Assembly: GCF_000284115.1 (NCBI RefSeq)
Contig: NC_017080.1
Coordinates: forward strand, 60,001 to 92,000
Reading direction: 5' to 3'
DNA from: Phycisphaera mikurensis NBRC 102666
Lineage (GTDB): Bacteria; Planctomycetota; Phycisphaerae; Phycisphaerales; Phycisphaeraceae
DNA: 32,000 nucleotides
Shown: one piece after another, positions 31,324 to 32,000 of the stretch
Layout: the number at the start of each line of letters is the position of its first letter
How positions within the stretch are numbered: the stretch's first letter is position 1
The notes under the pieces: model-generated
What the model was told of the DNA's origin: nothing
Seen by the model: the letters and a program-made list of their open reading frames with translations, nothing else
Databases searched by the model: none
Translations under genes and position numbers: made by a program

Positions 31324-32000
31324 CTAGCCCGGGAACACGACGTAGCCGGCCGGCGTCTTCCCGGTGGCGAGGTGGTAGGCCGCGCCGACGGCGATCCAGC
31401 CCAGCGCCATCAGCAGCTCGGCGGCGATGACGCCGACGAGCAGGGGCTGCATCGAGCGGGCGGCGCGGGTGCCGCCGAGGCGGACGACGCAGAGCTTGAC
31501 GAGCCAGCCGACGAGGAAGCTCCACGCGAAGCGGCTCATCGGGGTGGTGCCCCACACCAGGAAGATCACCGGGTGCAGCGGCCAGCCCGGGATGCGCAGA
31601 CGCAGCAACGCACAAATCGAGAGCGCGGCGAAGCCGCCGAGGAACCACGACCACGCGGCGGGCCGCGGGTCGAGCAGGCCCAGGCGGGCGAGGCCGTCGG
31701 TGAAGACGGCTTCGGTGAGGCGGCCCTCGGCGGAGAGCGACGAGAGCGAACGGGTGAGCTGATCCCAGGGCTGCACCGGCATCCACAGCCGCGCCCAGCG
31801 GTCGGCCGCGTCGATGCCGGCGTTGTACTGCCAGAGGAAGGTCACCACGAGCGCCAGGACGAAGGTGGACGCGACGCTGAGGGCGAGCCAGGCCGCCAGC
31901 TTGCCGACGCCGCGGGAGCCGGCCGCGTCGCCGACCGCGGGGGCCCCAACGCCGACCCGCCCGGGGGCCGGGTCGCCCAGCCGGAGGGCGTGCAGCAGGA
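31324..32000 (-). CDS. Polytopic membrane protein, 5' end outside the window
   Basis: The frame stays open to the window edge (…VASTFVLALVVTFLWQYNAGIDAADRWARLWMPVQPWDQL…LVGWLVKLCVVRLGG…AYHLATGKTPAGYVVFPG*). GC3 is high and there are several TM segments. The track lists only 31324..31848. Confidence 0.7.
   Translation of the reverse strand, partial: LLHALRLGDPAPGRVGVGAPAVGDAAGSRGVGKLAAWLALSVASTFVLALVVTFLWQYNAGIDAADRWARLWMPVQPWDQLTRSLSSLSAEGRLTEAVFTDGLARLGLLDPRPAAWSWFLGGFAALSICALLRLRIPGWPLHPVIFLVWGTTPMSRFAWSFLVGWLVKLCVVRLGGTRAARSMQPLLVGVIAAELLMALGWIAVGAAYHLATGKTPAGYVVFPG

Overview
This is a high-GC bacterial chromosomal window with strong compositional mosaicism. Single 60-nt lines counted by eye give about 55-68% GC between roughly 2.0 and 21.1 kb, and about 77-87% GC to the right of roughly 21.2 kb. 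Gene content (DUF4159-like protein, VKOR-DsbA fusion, several GT-C enzymes, few Shine-Dalgarno sites) is reminiscent of Planctomycetota-like organisms, but nothing here is taxonomically decisive.

Layout from left to right:
1. A partial HUH/Y1 (RAYT-like) transposase gene sits next to a 3 x 107-bp array of REPIN-like inverted hairpin doublets. A fourth, degenerate doublet brackets a two-gene module (a 3-TM protein and a 69-aa protein).
2. A roughly 19-kb Wzx/Wzy-type glycan locus spans about 2.1-21.2 kb. It encodes a flippase, a sulfotransferase, an O-antigen-polymerase-family protein, two GT4, two GT2 and two GT87/DUF2029 GT-C enzymes, a pyruvyl transferase, two hexapeptide acetyltransferases, an MBOAT plus SGNH-like pair, and two tandem paralogs. 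The longer paralog carries the ordered motifs of GH56 hyaluronidases.
3. A small decay island spans about 21.06-24.18 kb. It holds an orphan GT2 5' fragment, an intact AbrB-PIN toxin-antitoxin (TA) pair, a convergent Phd-PIN pair with a disrupted toxin, a SAM methyltransferase and an internally deleted Fic pseudogene.
4. A divergent pair couples a UbiA-type decaprenyl-phosphate phosphoribosyltransferase-like enzyme with a third GT87.
5. The right end carries cysC (APS kinase), a conserved hypothetical, tRNA-Lys(UUU), a DUF4159-like plus VKOR-DsbA operon, yebC and a partial membrane protein.

The most interesting hypotheses are three: a heavily decorated (sulfated, pyruvylated, multiply O-acetylated) envelope polysaccharide with a dedicated GH56-like hydrolase; a polyprenyl-phospho-pentofuranose/GT-C branch outside Actinobacteria; and a RAYT/REPIN element.

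The ORF track uses alternative start codons and reports the longest ORFs. Many long Arg/Pro/Ala-rich ORFs are off-frame artefacts of the GC content and were discarded using third-position GC and protein-likeness.
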